Shown: positions 18,655-27,149, counted from the first letter of the stretch. The stretch: 47,942 nt of DNA from Acutalibacteraceae bacterium (GCA_045587825.1 JAZNCY010000343.1:1-47942); one strand, 5' to 3'. Translations and numbers: made by a program. Notes: generated by a model from the sequence alone, not told the origin.

Positions 18655-19785
18655 TTATTCTTCGTCATCCTCGTAAACAGTAGCGTCTGAAAGCTCGTCG
18701 AATTCTTCACTGAATGAACTGTAGTCGCCATAAAGACCTGAATATTCAGATTTTTTCATAATGTGAATAGCATCTGGCTCAATAACAAGACCAATTGTAG
18801 AGCCAACCTCCTGATAATCAGTAGATTGAATCATCCACTTAAAGCCTTTGATTTCTACAATAATTTCGTAGTGAACACCTTTGAAAGTAATTGATGTTAC
18901 TTTACCAGAAATCATACCGTCTTCTGCTTTAACAATATCAACGTCTTCAGGACGTACTACAACGTCAACTTCTTCGTCAACGCCAAAGCCCTTATCAAGA
19001 CATTTGAATTTATTACCTGCCATTTCAACCCAGAAATCAGCTCTCATAACACCCTCAATAATGTTACTTTCACCAATGAAATCTGCAACGAAAGCGTTTT
19101 TAGGCTCGTTGTAAATATCAAGAGGTGTGCCGATTTGCTGAATTTTACCGCCATTCATAACAACAATAGTGTCAGACATAGAAAGAGCTTCTTCCTGGTC
19201 GTGAGTAACATAAATGAATGTTATGCCAAGGCGTTTCTGTATATTTTTAAGTTCAACCTGCATATCTTTACGAAGCTTTAAGTCAAGAGCACCAAGTGGC
19301 TCATCAAGAAGTAAAATTTTAGGCTTTACTGCAAGTGCACGTGCAATAGCAACACGCTGTTGCTGACCACCAGAAAGAGAAGAAATATTTCTTCTTTCAA
19401 AGCCTTTCAAGTTAACTAAAGAAAGCATTTCTGTAACAGTCTCTTTAATTTCCTTTTCAGGTGTTTTCTGGAGTCTTAAACCAAAAGCAATATTTTCATA
19501 AACGTTAAGGTGCGGAAAAAGAGCATAACGCTGAAAGATAGTGTTAAGCTGTCTTTTATGTGGCGGAACGTCATTTATAACTTTTCCGTCAAAAATAACC
19601 TCACCCGAATCAGGCTGTAAAAAGCCCGCAATAATTCTGAGTGTGGTTGTTTTACCGCAACCTGATGGTCCGAGAAATGTAATGAATTCTTTATCTCGGA
19701 TGTACAAGTTCATATTATCAATAATTTGTTCTTCGTCAAAGCTGATTGAAATATTTTTAAGCTTAATAATCTCGTTGTTTGCCAA
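18655..19785 (-). CDS. potA: Spermidine/putrescine ABC transporter ATPase PotA
   Basis: Walker [10 protein letters not shown], signature LSGGQQQR, Walker B LLLDEP, C-terminal TOBE-like domain. TTG start after GGAAGGGG. Confidence 0.92.
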   Translation of the reverse strand: MANNEIIKLKNISISFDEEQIIDNMNLYIRDKEFITFLGPSGCGKTTTLRIIAGFLQPDSGEVIFDGKVINDVPPHKRQLNTIFQRYALFPHLNVYENIAFGLRLQKTPEKEIKETVTEMLSLVNLKGFERRNISSLSGGQQQRVAIARALAVKPKILLLDEPLGALDLKLRKDMQVELKNIQKRLGITFIYVTHDQEEALSMSDTIVVMNGGKIQQIGTPLDIYNEPKNAFVADFIGESNIIEGVMRADFWVEMAGNKFKCLDKGFGVDEEVDVVVRPEDVDIVKAEDGMISGKVTSITFKGVHYEIIVEIKGFKWMIQSTDYQEVGSTIGLVIEPDAIHIMKKSEYSGLYGDYSSFSEEFDELSDATVYEDDEE

Positions 19786-19922
19786 TTATGCAACCCCTTC
19801 CCGCAGTCCAATATTTTAATAGAATGCATAATTAAATATATATATATTCAATTAAAAAGTCAATATAATTTGTCGAAAAAGTTGCTCTGAAAGTAATAAT
19901 ATGTTAAAATATTTTCAAATAC

Positions 19923-19938
19923 TTGAATAATTATTCAA
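19923..19938. promoter_or_regulatory. Perfect 16-bp palindrome TTGAATAATTATTCAA just upstream of the methyltransferase gene pair
   Basis: Self-complementary sequence 14 nt upstream of ATG 19952, overlapping the RBS region. Confidence 0.3.
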
Positions 19939-19951
19939 AAGGAACTATTTT

Positions 19952-21007
19952 ATGCTACAGTTTGACATTGAAAATAAAAGCGTCTGGGAAGCTTTGCAGG
20001 ACACAAAAAACCCTATAATTATGTACGGCACTGGTAATGGTGCTGACAAGGTTTTTGAGGTATTTAAAGAGCTTAATATTTCTGTTGCTGGCGTTACAGC
20101 AAGCAATGGTTTTGTAAGAGAAAGATATTTTCACGATTTTCGTGTTACGCCAATAAGTGATTTCTTTGAAAAATATGAGAATTTTACTATTGTTGTAACC
20201 TTTGGTTCTTCACGACCTGAAGTTATTGAAAATATTAAAGAGCTTGCAAAGAAGCAAACAGTTTTAGTTCCGTGTGTACCAGTTATTGGCAACGAGATTT
20301 TTGACAGAAAATTTTTAGAAGAAAACGAAGAAAAGCTTAATAAAGCCTATTCACTTTTAGCTGATGACAAATCAAAAGAAGTATTTAAAAATTACGTGAA
20401 TTTTGAATTCAGTGGAAAGCTTCAGTATCTTTTCAGTATGGAAAGTGATATTTCTGATGCATTCAATAATTATTTAAAATTAGGAGAAGAAGAAAATTTT
20501 ATTGATATTGGCGCTTATCGTGGCGATACAGTAGAGCAATTTTTAAATTTTACTGACGGAAAATATGACAATATTTTAGCCGTTGAGCCCGACTTAAAAA
20601 CCTACAAAAAATTAGTTGAAAACTGCAAAGCTTTAAAGAATTTTGAAGCTCTTAATGGTGCTGTTTCATCTGCCGACGGAACAGTAGAATTTTCAAATGT
20701 TGCCGGCAGACAATCTACCATAGGTAGTGGAGTGGAAATTCAGTCCTTCACTCTTGATAAATTAGCAGAAAAATTTGTGCCAACCTACATAAAAATTGAT
20801 GCAGAGGGCGCAGAAATTGATATTTTAAATGGTGGAAAAAGCTTAATAAGTGAGCATAAACCTAAAATAAAAATTGCCACTTACCATAAAAATCGTGATA
20901 TTTTTGAAATTCCGATTTTATTGAATAAGTTAAACGAAAATTACAAAATTTATATGTGTCATCACCCATATATTCCTGCATGGGATACAGACTTTTATTG
21001 TGTTTGA
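19952..21007 (+). CDS. FkbM-family methyltransferase
   Basis: C-terminal FkbM-type SAM methyltransferase region (IDIGAYRGD...IKIDAEGAE). Confidence 0.75.
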   Translation: MLQFDIENKSVWEALQDTKNPIIMYGTGNGADKVFEVFKELNISVAGVTASNGFVRERYFHDFRVTPISDFFEKYENFTIVVTFGSSRPEVIENIKELAKKQTVLVPCVPVIGNEIFDRKFLEENEEKLNKAYSLLADDKSKEVFKNYVNFEFSGKLQYLFSMESDISDAFNNYLKLGEEENFIDIGAYRGDTVEQFLNFTDGKYDNILAVEPDLKTYKKLVENCKALKNFEALNGAVSSADGTVEFSNVAGRQSTIGSGVEIQSFTLDKLAEKFVPTYIKIDAEGAEIDILNGGKSLISEHKPKIKIATYHKNRDIFEIPILLNKLNENYKIYMCHHPYIPAWDTDFYCV

Positions 21008-21015
21008 GGTGCAAA

Positions 21016-22158
21016 ATGGAAGAAGTAAAAAATCTTATTTTAAATGAGCGAGAAAGTATTATTAAAATTTCTATAAGCTCACCTTTTTCAAAAGATGAAG
21101 AATTTAATAAAATGACAATACGCCCTGTTATTATAAAAAAACAGAACTGTTTTCAGGCAGAGAGATTTAAAAATAATCAGGTGTTTCATCTTAATATGTC
21201 AGAAAATGAGTTTTCAGTATTTTTAGAAGAAATTTTTAAAAAATATGCTCAGATTGCTGTATTTAAAAGTGGCGAAACAATTACTTTTTCGGTAGGCAAA
21301 AACGGAAAAATCAAAAAAAGTAAAAGTAAAAATAACTTGCACCAAAAATCAAATAATGCTGAAAACAATCGCAAGAAGGAATATATTTTCAACGAGGGTG
21401 AAAATATTCCTGCTTTAGTTGATTTAGGCGTGTTCACTCCTGACTTTAAAATAGTGAACTCTAAGTATGACAAATTCAAGCAAATCAACAGATTTATTGA
21501 GATTGTAAACGATGCATTTTCAAATGATACAAATGAAAATATCACCATTTTAGACTTTGGTTGTGGTAAAAGTTATTTAACGTTTATTATTTACTATTAC
21601 TTTGCTGAAGTAAAAAAGAAAAACGTTAAAATTATCGGCTATGACCTTAAAAAAGACGTTGTTGAAAACTGTAATAAAATAGCAGAAAAATACGGCTATA
21701 AAAATTTAAAATTTGTAGTGAGTGATGTTACAAAGGACGTGCTTTACAGAGAGCCAATTGATATGGTAATTTCTTTACACGCTTGTGACACTGCAACAGA
21801 TTTTGCATTAAATTATGCTATTAGTAAAAACGTAAAACATGTTTTTTCAGTGCCTTGTTGCCAACACGAAGTTAATAAAACAATTAAAAAAGGGGGCGAT
21901 TTTGACATTCTTTTAAAACACGGACTTATTAAAGAAAGAATGTCTGCTCTTCTTACAGACTCAATAAGAGCGAGTATTTTAGAAGATATGGGCTACTCCG
22001 TTGACGTGCTCGAATTTGTTGATTTTTCACACTCACCCAAAAATATTATGATAAGAGCGAAAAAGACTAAAAATGTTAGTGACAAAAACAGAAAGCAAAT
22101 AAAAGAATTGCAAGAAAAATATGGTTTTGCTCAAACATTATATGATTTAACAAAATAA
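21016..22158 (+). CDS. Class I SAM-dependent methyltransferase with an N-terminal extension
   Basis: SAM motif ILDFGCGKSYLT. ATG 21016 follows GAGGTG; the ORF-track start at 20956 overlaps the upstream gene and is unlikely. Confidence 0.75.
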   Translation: MEEVKNLILNERESIIKISISSPFSKDEEFNKMTIRPVIIKKQNCFQAERFKNNQVFHLNMSENEFSVFLEEIFKKYAQIAVFKSGETITFSVGKNGKIKKSKSKNNLHQKSNNAENNRKKEYIFNEGENIPALVDLGVFTPDFKIVNSKYDKFKQINRFIEIVNDAFSNDTNENITILDFGCGKSYLTFIIYYYFAEVKKKNVKIIGYDLKKDVVENCNKIAEKYGYKNLKFVVSDVTKDVLYREPIDMVISLHACDTATDFALNYAISKNVKHVFSVPCCQHEVNKTIKKGGDFDILLKHGLIKERMSALLTDSIRASILEDMGYSVDVLEFVDFSHSPKNIMIRAKKTKNVSDKNRKQIKELQEKYGFAQTLYDLTK

Positions 22159-22160
22159 CA

Positions 22161-22200
22161 AAACCCCGTGATTTTTCATAAAATCACGGGGTTTATTTTT
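22161..22200. terminator. Bidirectional Rho-independent terminator between the methyltransferase gene and luxS
   Basis: 15-bp perfect stem 22161-22175 / 22180-22194, followed by TATTTTT. Confidence 0.8.
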
Positions 22201-22663
22201 AATAGTTATTTTCATAAATTAGCTTTTCAACTGTCCAGTTTTTAAGAACTTCACACTGGTCTTTACCTTCTTTTTTTGCACCCTCTAAATCGTGGTCACG
22301 ATAGTTACCACACTCAATAGCGCTGACACCTGGAATTTCACCCTCATAATCTGCAACAAATTTAAGAGCAGCTTTTGTAAGCGCCAAGGCATCTTCGTGA
22401 CTCATTTTTGTTGTTAAAAAGTAAAAGCCTGTTCTGCAACCCATAGGACCAAAATAAATAATATTATCTTTAAACTCACTGTTTCTTACAAATGTTGCAA
22501 AAAGATGCTCTAAAGTATGAATTGCACCATTTTCCATAACCTCTTCTACATTTGGCTTTCTTGTTCTTATATCATAAGTAACAACTTCACCATCAACACG
22601 AGAGATATACATACCTCTGTTTAATTTGTTGTGGTCAACTGTAAAGCTTGCAATTTTTTCCAT
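22199..22663 (-). CDS. luxS: S-ribosylhomocysteine lyase LuxS
   Basis: HTLEHL metal-binding motif, GCRTG, 154 aa. Confidence 0.95.
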   Translation of the reverse strand: MEKIASFTVDHNKLNRGMYISRVDGEVVTYDIRTRKPNVEEVMENGAIHTLEHLFATFVRNSEFKDNIIYFGPMGCRTGFYFLTTKMSHEDALALTKAALKFVADYEGEIPGVSAIECGNYRDHDLEGAKKEGKDQCEVLKNWTVEKLIYENNY

Positions 22664-22666
22664 AGC

Positions 22667-23128
22667 TTAAATTCCCGCCTTTTTCTCTCTTAAATTTTTA
22701 AAAAAACTTGTTAAAATTTCGCTACATTCGGTCTCTAAAATGCCACTCTCAAAATTAGGTTTGTGGTTAAATTCTAATTGAAACAAATTAACAACCGAAC
22801 CACAAGCGCCGTTTTTGTAGTCACTTGCACCGAAATATACGTTTTTGATTCTCGAATTTATAATAGCACCTGCACACATAGGGCACGGCTCTAATGTGAC
22901 ATATAAATCACACTTGAAAAGTCGCCAGCCACCTAAATTTTTACAGGCATTATTTATTGCCTCAATTTCAGCGTGGCAAAGTGCATTTTTTTCTGTTTCA
23001 CGTCTGTTTCTGCCTGTGCCAACGATTTTGCCATCACAAACAACAACTGCACCAACGGGAACTTCGCCTTCACTTGCTGATATTTCAGCAAGAAGAAGCG
23101 CCTCCTTCATAAAATCCTCGTGAGTCAT
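22667..23128 (-). CDS. tadA: tRNA-specific adenosine deaminase TadA
   Basis: CHAEIEAI and PCPMCAGA zinc-binding motifs. Confidence 0.94.
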   Translation of the reverse strand: MTHEDFMKEALLLAEISASEGEVPVGAVVVCDGKIVGTGRNRRETEKNALCHAEIEAINNACKNLGGWRLFKCDLYVTLEPCPMCAGAIINSRIKNVYFGASDYKNGACGSVVNLFQLEFNHKPNFESGILETECSEILTSFFKNLREKKAGI

Positions 23129-24252
23129 TACACTGCAACTCCCGAACCAAATGAAATCATTGAAATTGCCTGAATTAAAAATACTATAATTGCAATTATC
23201 ATTGCTGGTGCAAAAATGAATTTTGAAATTTTTTGCTTTAATGTGTATTCTTCCAAACCATTTTTAGAAATAATTCTATTGAATTCAGCTTTATATTTGC
23301 TTATATAAATAAGTAACGCTACAAAACCGAGACCTGCTAATGCAAGACAAACAAAGCTGTAAGCTGTATCTGCAGTTTCTTCATCTGTAAAATAAAGAAT
23401 TGTATAATAACAACAAGAAAGTCCATTTACAATAGCGTGAATTATAACGCCAGTCCAGATACTATCAGTTGCAATTACTGCATAGCCTAAAAACAATCCG
23501 CAGAGAATTGCAAAAGGAATTTGTGATGGAGTTCCGTGGAAAACACCAAAAACAATTGCTGAACAGATTATCGCAAACAAGTTGCCGTATTTTCTTAAAG
23601 GTTGCATTACAACGTTTCTCATTGCAAATTCTTCAACAAGAGGCGGTATAATAGCTGTACCGATAAACAATGCAATTATATCTATAACAGAATTTACCTG
23701 TGGTTCATCACCAGAAGAAAATGTGAAGCCAAAGCCCTCAAAGAATGTCTGAATAAAGCCTGTAACATACATTGAGGCAAGGCAACCTAAAACAGAAAGG
23801 AATATAATAGAAACTGTTTTTAAATTCGCTTTAGGTGCAGAATATGAGCAAACGGGCAAATCAGGTGTTTTATAAACTATTTTTTTTGCTATAAAGAACG
23901 GAATGCCTACGGTAAGTAATGAGTAAAAAATACCTACACTTGATGAAAAGGTTCCGTTTGAATAATACAAATCAATAAGTCCGAACGCTTCAAGTATTGC
24001 ACTAAAAAACATACTCGCAACTAAAAAGCCTAACATAGCAAGTGCAAATATTTTTGCAAAACGTCTTATTTCATTCTTCTGCTCACGAAGCTTTAAAAAT
24101 TTTTGCTGGCTTATATAGTACGCCTGCGGATTATTCTGGTAAACATACGGGTTGAATTGCCCCTGTGGTGCTTGATTGAAATTCGGATATTGATTAAAGC
24201 TCTGTTGCTGATTATGAAGCTCATATCTATTATTGTTCTGGTTATAATCCAT
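23128..24252 (-). CDS. CPBP-family intramembrane metalloprotease with a Q/N-rich N-terminal region
   Basis: EEFAMRN and FGVFHG motifs of the CAAX/Abi protease family. Polytopic. The first ~45 residues are dominated by Q, N, Y and P. Confidence 0.82.
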   Translation of the reverse strand: MDYNQNNNRYELHNQQQSFNQYPNFNQAPQGQFNPYVYQNNPQAYYISQQKFLKLREQKNEIRRFAKIFALAMLGFLVASMFFSAILEAFGLIDLYYSNGTFSSSVGIFYSLLTVGIPFFIAKKIVYKTPDLPVCSYSAPKANLKTVSIIFLSVLGCLASMYVTGFIQTFFEGFGFTFSSGDEPQVNSVIDIIALFIGTAIIPPLVEEFAMRNVVMQPLRKYGNLFAIICSAIVFGVFHGTPSQIPFAILCGLFLGYAVIATDSIWTGVIIHAIVNGLSCCYYTILYFTDEETADTAYSFVCLALAGLGFVALLIYISKYKAEFNRIISKNGLEEYTLKQKISKFIFAPAMIIAIIVFLIQAISMISFGSGVAV

Positions 24253-24292
24253 TTTTCATTCTCCAAAAAATTTTAATTATCTAAATTATAAC

Positions 24293-24490
24293 GATTATAG
24301 TTAGTCGAAACAGCGTAATTTTACGCTGTTTCGATACCAAATCATATATTTGGTATCGAATTTTCTTCGAAAATTCGACTATAATCCTTTCAATAACTGT
24401 AATGCAAAATTGTATTTATGAAAAACAATTTTGCTGAAAGCCGAAAAATCGGCTTTTGCGAAACGCAACTGCGTTTCGACTAATTACAGT
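24293..24490 (-). ncRNA. Unclassified, highly structured non-coding element: six perfect hairpins in two three-hairpin junction domains. Could be a leader RNA of the CPBP-tadA-luxS operon or a MITE-like DNA element; strand uncertain
   Basis: Closing helices 24293-24300/24379-24386 and 24396-24403/24483-24490. Hairpins H1-H6 are described in the findings. A minus-strand promoter lies immediately upstream. No match to any RNA family I recognise. Confidence 0.35.
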
Positions 24491-24491
24491 C

Positions 24492-24519
24492 ATTATAACA
24501 CATTACATAAAAATATCAA
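24492..24519 (-). promoter_or_regulatory. Candidate strong sigma-A promoter reading into the hairpin array and the CPBP-tadA-luxS operon
   Basis: Minus strand TTGATA (24514-24519), 16 nt, TATAAT (24492-24497), with an upstream TGT extension. Confidence 0.5.
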
Positions 24520-24562
24520 CAAATAAATTATTTCTTATTTTTTAATTTTAATATTTTTATTG

Positions 24563-24591
24563 TTGAATATATCGTTAAAACATTGTATAAT
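24563..24591 (+). promoter_or_regulatory. Candidate sigma-A promoter of zapA-dut
   Basis: TTGAAT (24563-24568), 17 nt, TG-extended TATAAT (24586-24591), about 40 nt upstream of the zapA ATG. Confidence 0.6.
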
Positions 24592-24631
24592 TATAGCAAT
24601 TCGTTGAACAGGTTTTAGAAAGGGTGTTTTT

Positions 24632-24982
24632 ATGGAAAAAACAAAGCATACAGTCAAGGTTGCAGGCTTCTCATTCAAGGTTGTTTCTGAGGATTCTTCT
24701 GAATATATGTCTGCTTTAGCAAGAGAGGTAGATTTAAAGATAGATGCGCTTTTAAAGAACAGCACACTTTCTACAACTCAGGCAGCAGTTGCAGTGGCAC
24801 TTGACTATGCAGATACAGTAAAAAAGAACGATTCTTCAACCGAAAGCTTAAAAACACAGCTCAAAGAAAGTCTTCAGGATGTTGCTGTTGCAAGAAAAGA
24901 AGCTGACTTTTACAAAAGAGAATTAGAAAGATTACAGGGTAGCAAAATAGAAGAAAACAAAGAAAACCCTGCACTTTGGTGA
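24632..24982 (+). CDS. zapA: Cell division protein ZapA
   Basis: ZapA-like N-terminal domain (VKVAGFSFKVVSEDSSEYMSALAREVD) followed by a coiled coil. RBS AAAGGGTG. Confidence 0.85.
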   Translation: MEKTKHTVKVAGFSFKVVSEDSSEYMSALAREVDLKIDALLKNSTLSTTQAAVAVALDYADTVKKNDSSTESLKTQLKESLQDVAVARKEADFYKRELERLQGSKIEENKENPALW

Positions 24983-24987
24983 TAGTT

Positions 24988-25431
24988 ATGAGTACATTAA
25001 AAATAAAAAAATTACACGAAAAGGCAGTTATACCACAAAGAGCTACCTCTGGTAGTGCAGGTATGGACCTTTATGCTGTTTTAGATGAACCAATAACATT
25101 AAAGCAAGGCGAAACTGCACTTATTCCTACTGGAATTGCTATCGCTCTTGAAAGTCCTTCTGAAGCGGCTTTTATTTTCCCAAGAAGCGGTCTTTCTATA
25201 AAACACGGTATAGGACTTTTAAATTCTGTTGGTGTTATAGATAGTGACTACCGTGGAGAAATTAAAGTAGGCGTTATAAATCAGATAGATAAAGAATACA
25301 CTATTGAGCCAAACGAAAGAATTGCTCAGATGGTAATTATGCCTGTAAGTCTTCCTGAGATTATCGAGGTCGATGAATTAGACGAAACAGAGCGTGGTGC
25401 AGGTGGATTTGGCTCAACAAACAGATTTTAA
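24988..25431 (+). CDS. dut: dUTP diphosphatase
   Basis: Motifs AGMDLYA, PRSG, GVIDSDYRGE and a C-terminal RGAGGFGST. Confidence 0.95.
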   Translation: MSTLKIKKLHEKAVIPQRATSGSAGMDLYAVLDEPITLKQGETALIPTGIAIALESPSEAAFIFPRSGLSIKHGIGLLNSVGVIDSDYRGEIKVGVINQIDKEYTIEPNERIAQMVIMPVSLPEIIEVDELDETERGAGGFGSTNRF

Positions 25432-25434
25432 TTT

Positions 25435-25710
25435 AGGGTGAAAGAAGTTATCCGAACCTGCCTAAAAGCGAGTATTTTTAAGTCTTTTCGGCGTTTCGGT
25501 CTTGCAAGGCGACAGCCTTCCTTCACCCTCAACACCAAAAATCCAATAAAAACCTTTCGCTTTGTAGGTCGAAGATTTTTTATAGAACGGATTTATGGTC
25601 AATCAAGGCAAAAACGGAGCGAATCCTTTACGGATTTGCGAGTATTTTAACGAAGAGTGAACGGAAATCCGTCTATAAAAAACACGGTTCGGATAATTCC
25701 TTTCACCCCC
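25435..25710 (+). ncRNA. Unclassified structured element between dut and mnmE, bounded by 23-bp imperfect terminal inverted repeats. Candidate mnmE leader RNA or MITE-like element
   Basis: 25436-25458 pairs with 25686-25708 (21 Watson-Crick pairs, 1 G-U, 1 mismatch). Alternative pairing 25435-25447 with 25517-25529. 18-bp helix 25576-25594/25665-25682. G-U pairs favour the plus strand. Confidence 0.35.
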
Positions 25711-25725
25711 ATTGGAGATGTAATT

Positions 25726-27090
25726 TTGTCAACAATATCAGCAATAGTAACACCACAAACCGCCGCAGGTATTGGCATTGTAAGACTTTCTGGTGAAGAT
25801 GCCATTAAAATTGCAGACAAGGTTTTTAAGGGTGTATCAGGCAAAAAAATAGAAGAAAAAAACGGCTACACAGCACTTTTTGGTCACGTGTATGATGGCG
25901 ATGACGTTATTGACGAAGCAGTTGCACTTCTTTTCAGAGCACCAAAAAGCTATACTGGTGAGGATGTTGTAGAATTCAGTTGCCACGGCGGTCTTTATAT
26001 ACTTTCACGTGTTTTAAGGGCTACATTTAACGCTGGTGCAGTTCCTGCAGAGCCAGGTGAATATACAAAAAGAGCGTTTTTAAATGGTAAAATGGATTTA
26101 TCTGAAGCAGAGGCAGTTATGTCACTTATTTCTGCTACTGGTGAAGATGCACGTGCAGCAACGCTCAACGCTTTAGATGGTAATTTAAGCAGAGAAATAA
26201 CAGAATGCCGTGATTCTCTTGCAAGAACAGCAGCATTTTTAGCAGCTTGGGTAGATTACCCTGACGAAGAAATTCCAGAAATCAGTAACGAAGAAATGAT
26301 TTCTTCATTTTCTGATGTTTTGAGAAGATTAGAAACACTTTTAGATGGCTTTGATGCAGGTCAGGCGATTTTAGAAGGTATTGACACAGCAATTGTCGGC
26401 AGACCAAACGTTGGTAAGAGCACGCTTTTAAATGCACTCACTGGCAGAAACAGAGCAATAGTTACTTCAGTTGCCGGTACTACCCGTGACGTTTTAGAAG
26501 AAACTGTAAGACTTGGCAACATCACTTTAAGACTTGCTGACACGGCTGGTATCCGTACTGAAACCGATGATGAAATTGAAAAAATCGGTGTAGAAAGAGC
26601 AAAAGAGCGTTTCGAAAGAGCTGGTCTTGTATTTATGGTGCTTGATGGTGGCGAAAAGATTTCAGAAGATGACAAAGAGCTTTTAAAGCTTTGCAAGGAT
26701 AAACGTAGCATTGTTATTGTTAATAAAAGTGACTTGAACAGAGCATTTTCTGTTGATGAAATAAAAGATTATGCTGAAAATATAGTAGAAATTTCAGCCA
26801 AAGAAAATGATGGTATTGATAAATTAAAGCAGATTGTAGAAAGTGTTGTTGGTACTGATAACTTTAACCCATCTGCTCCACTTTTGACTACTGAAAGACA
26901 AAGAGCTTGTGTCTCAAAAGCAGTTGAAAATTTAAGAGAAGCATTAAACGGCTTAGAAATCGGCATTACAACGGATGCTATAAACGTTTCAGTTGACTGT
27001 GCTATTGAAGAGCTTTCTGTTTTAACAGGTGAAAAAGCAACAGAAACAGTCGTAAACGAAGTATTTAAAAACTTCTGTGTAGGTAAATAA
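25726..27090 (+). CDS. mnmE: tRNA modification GTPase MnmE (TrmE)
   Basis: N-terminal TISAIVTP..GIGIVRLSG, G1 motif GRPNVGKSTLLN, C-terminal FCVGK. TTG start at 25726 lies 8 nt after GGAG; the ORF-track start at 25657 falls in the structured leader. Confidence 0.93.
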   Translation: MSTISAIVTPQTAAGIGIVRLSGEDAIKIADKVFKGVSGKKIEEKNGYTALFGHVYDGDDVIDEAVALLFRAPKSYTGEDVVEFSCHGGLYILSRVLRATFNAGAVPAEPGEYTKRAFLNGKMDLSEAEAVMSLISATGEDARAATLNALDGNLSREITECRDSLARTAAFLAAWVDYPDEEIPEISNEEMISSFSDVLRRLETLLDGFDAGQAILEGIDTAIVGRPNVGKSTLLNALTGRNRAIVTSVAGTTRDVLEETVRLGNITLRLADTAGIRTETDDEIEKIGVERAKERFERAGLVFMVLDGGEKISEDDKELLKLCKDKRSIVIVNKSDLNRAFSVDEIKDYAENIVEISAKENDGIDKLKQIVESVVGTDNFNPSAPLLTTERQRACVSKAVENLREALNGLEIGITTDAINVSVDCAIEELSVLTGEKATETVVNEVFKNFCVGK

Positions 27091-27096
27091 AACAGA

Positions 27097-27136
27097 ACGA
27101 CAAATCTCGTGATTTTGTGAGATTTGTCGTTTTTAT
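27097..27136 (+). terminator. Rho-independent terminator of mnmE
   Basis: 12-bp perfect stem 27097-27108 / 27119-27130 followed by TTTTTAT. Confidence 0.85.
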
Positions 27137-27149
27137 ATTATCAACAAAT

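Noticed and set aside
24402-24437. 11-codon ORF (MQNCIYEKQFC) inside hairpin H4 of the hairpin array
   Set aside because: It has no Shine-Dalgarno sequence, and its start and stop codons are buried in a perfect helix. It is most likely coincidental.
24293-24490. CRISPR array or tandem-repeat interpretation of the hairpin array
   Set aside because: The six palindromes differ in sequence and length. There is no repeat-spacer periodicity, and no cas genes are present in the window.
25438-25650. 70-codon ORF (GTG start) encoding a very basic peptide inside the dut-mnmE gap
   Set aside because: It has no RBS, and its composition looks like random translation of AT-rich structured sequence. It spans the helices described for the structured element. 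The antisense ORF 25647-25844 is rejected for the same reasons.
24253-25725. Replication origin (oriC) suggested by nearby mnmG, mnmE, rsmG and noc genes and AT-rich structured intergenic regions
   Set aside because: There is no dnaA or dnaN and no cluster of DnaA boxes. Only isolated one- or two-mismatch matches occur, such as TTATCCATA at 2240 and TTATCCGAA at 25448. No parS or Noc-binding sites were seen.
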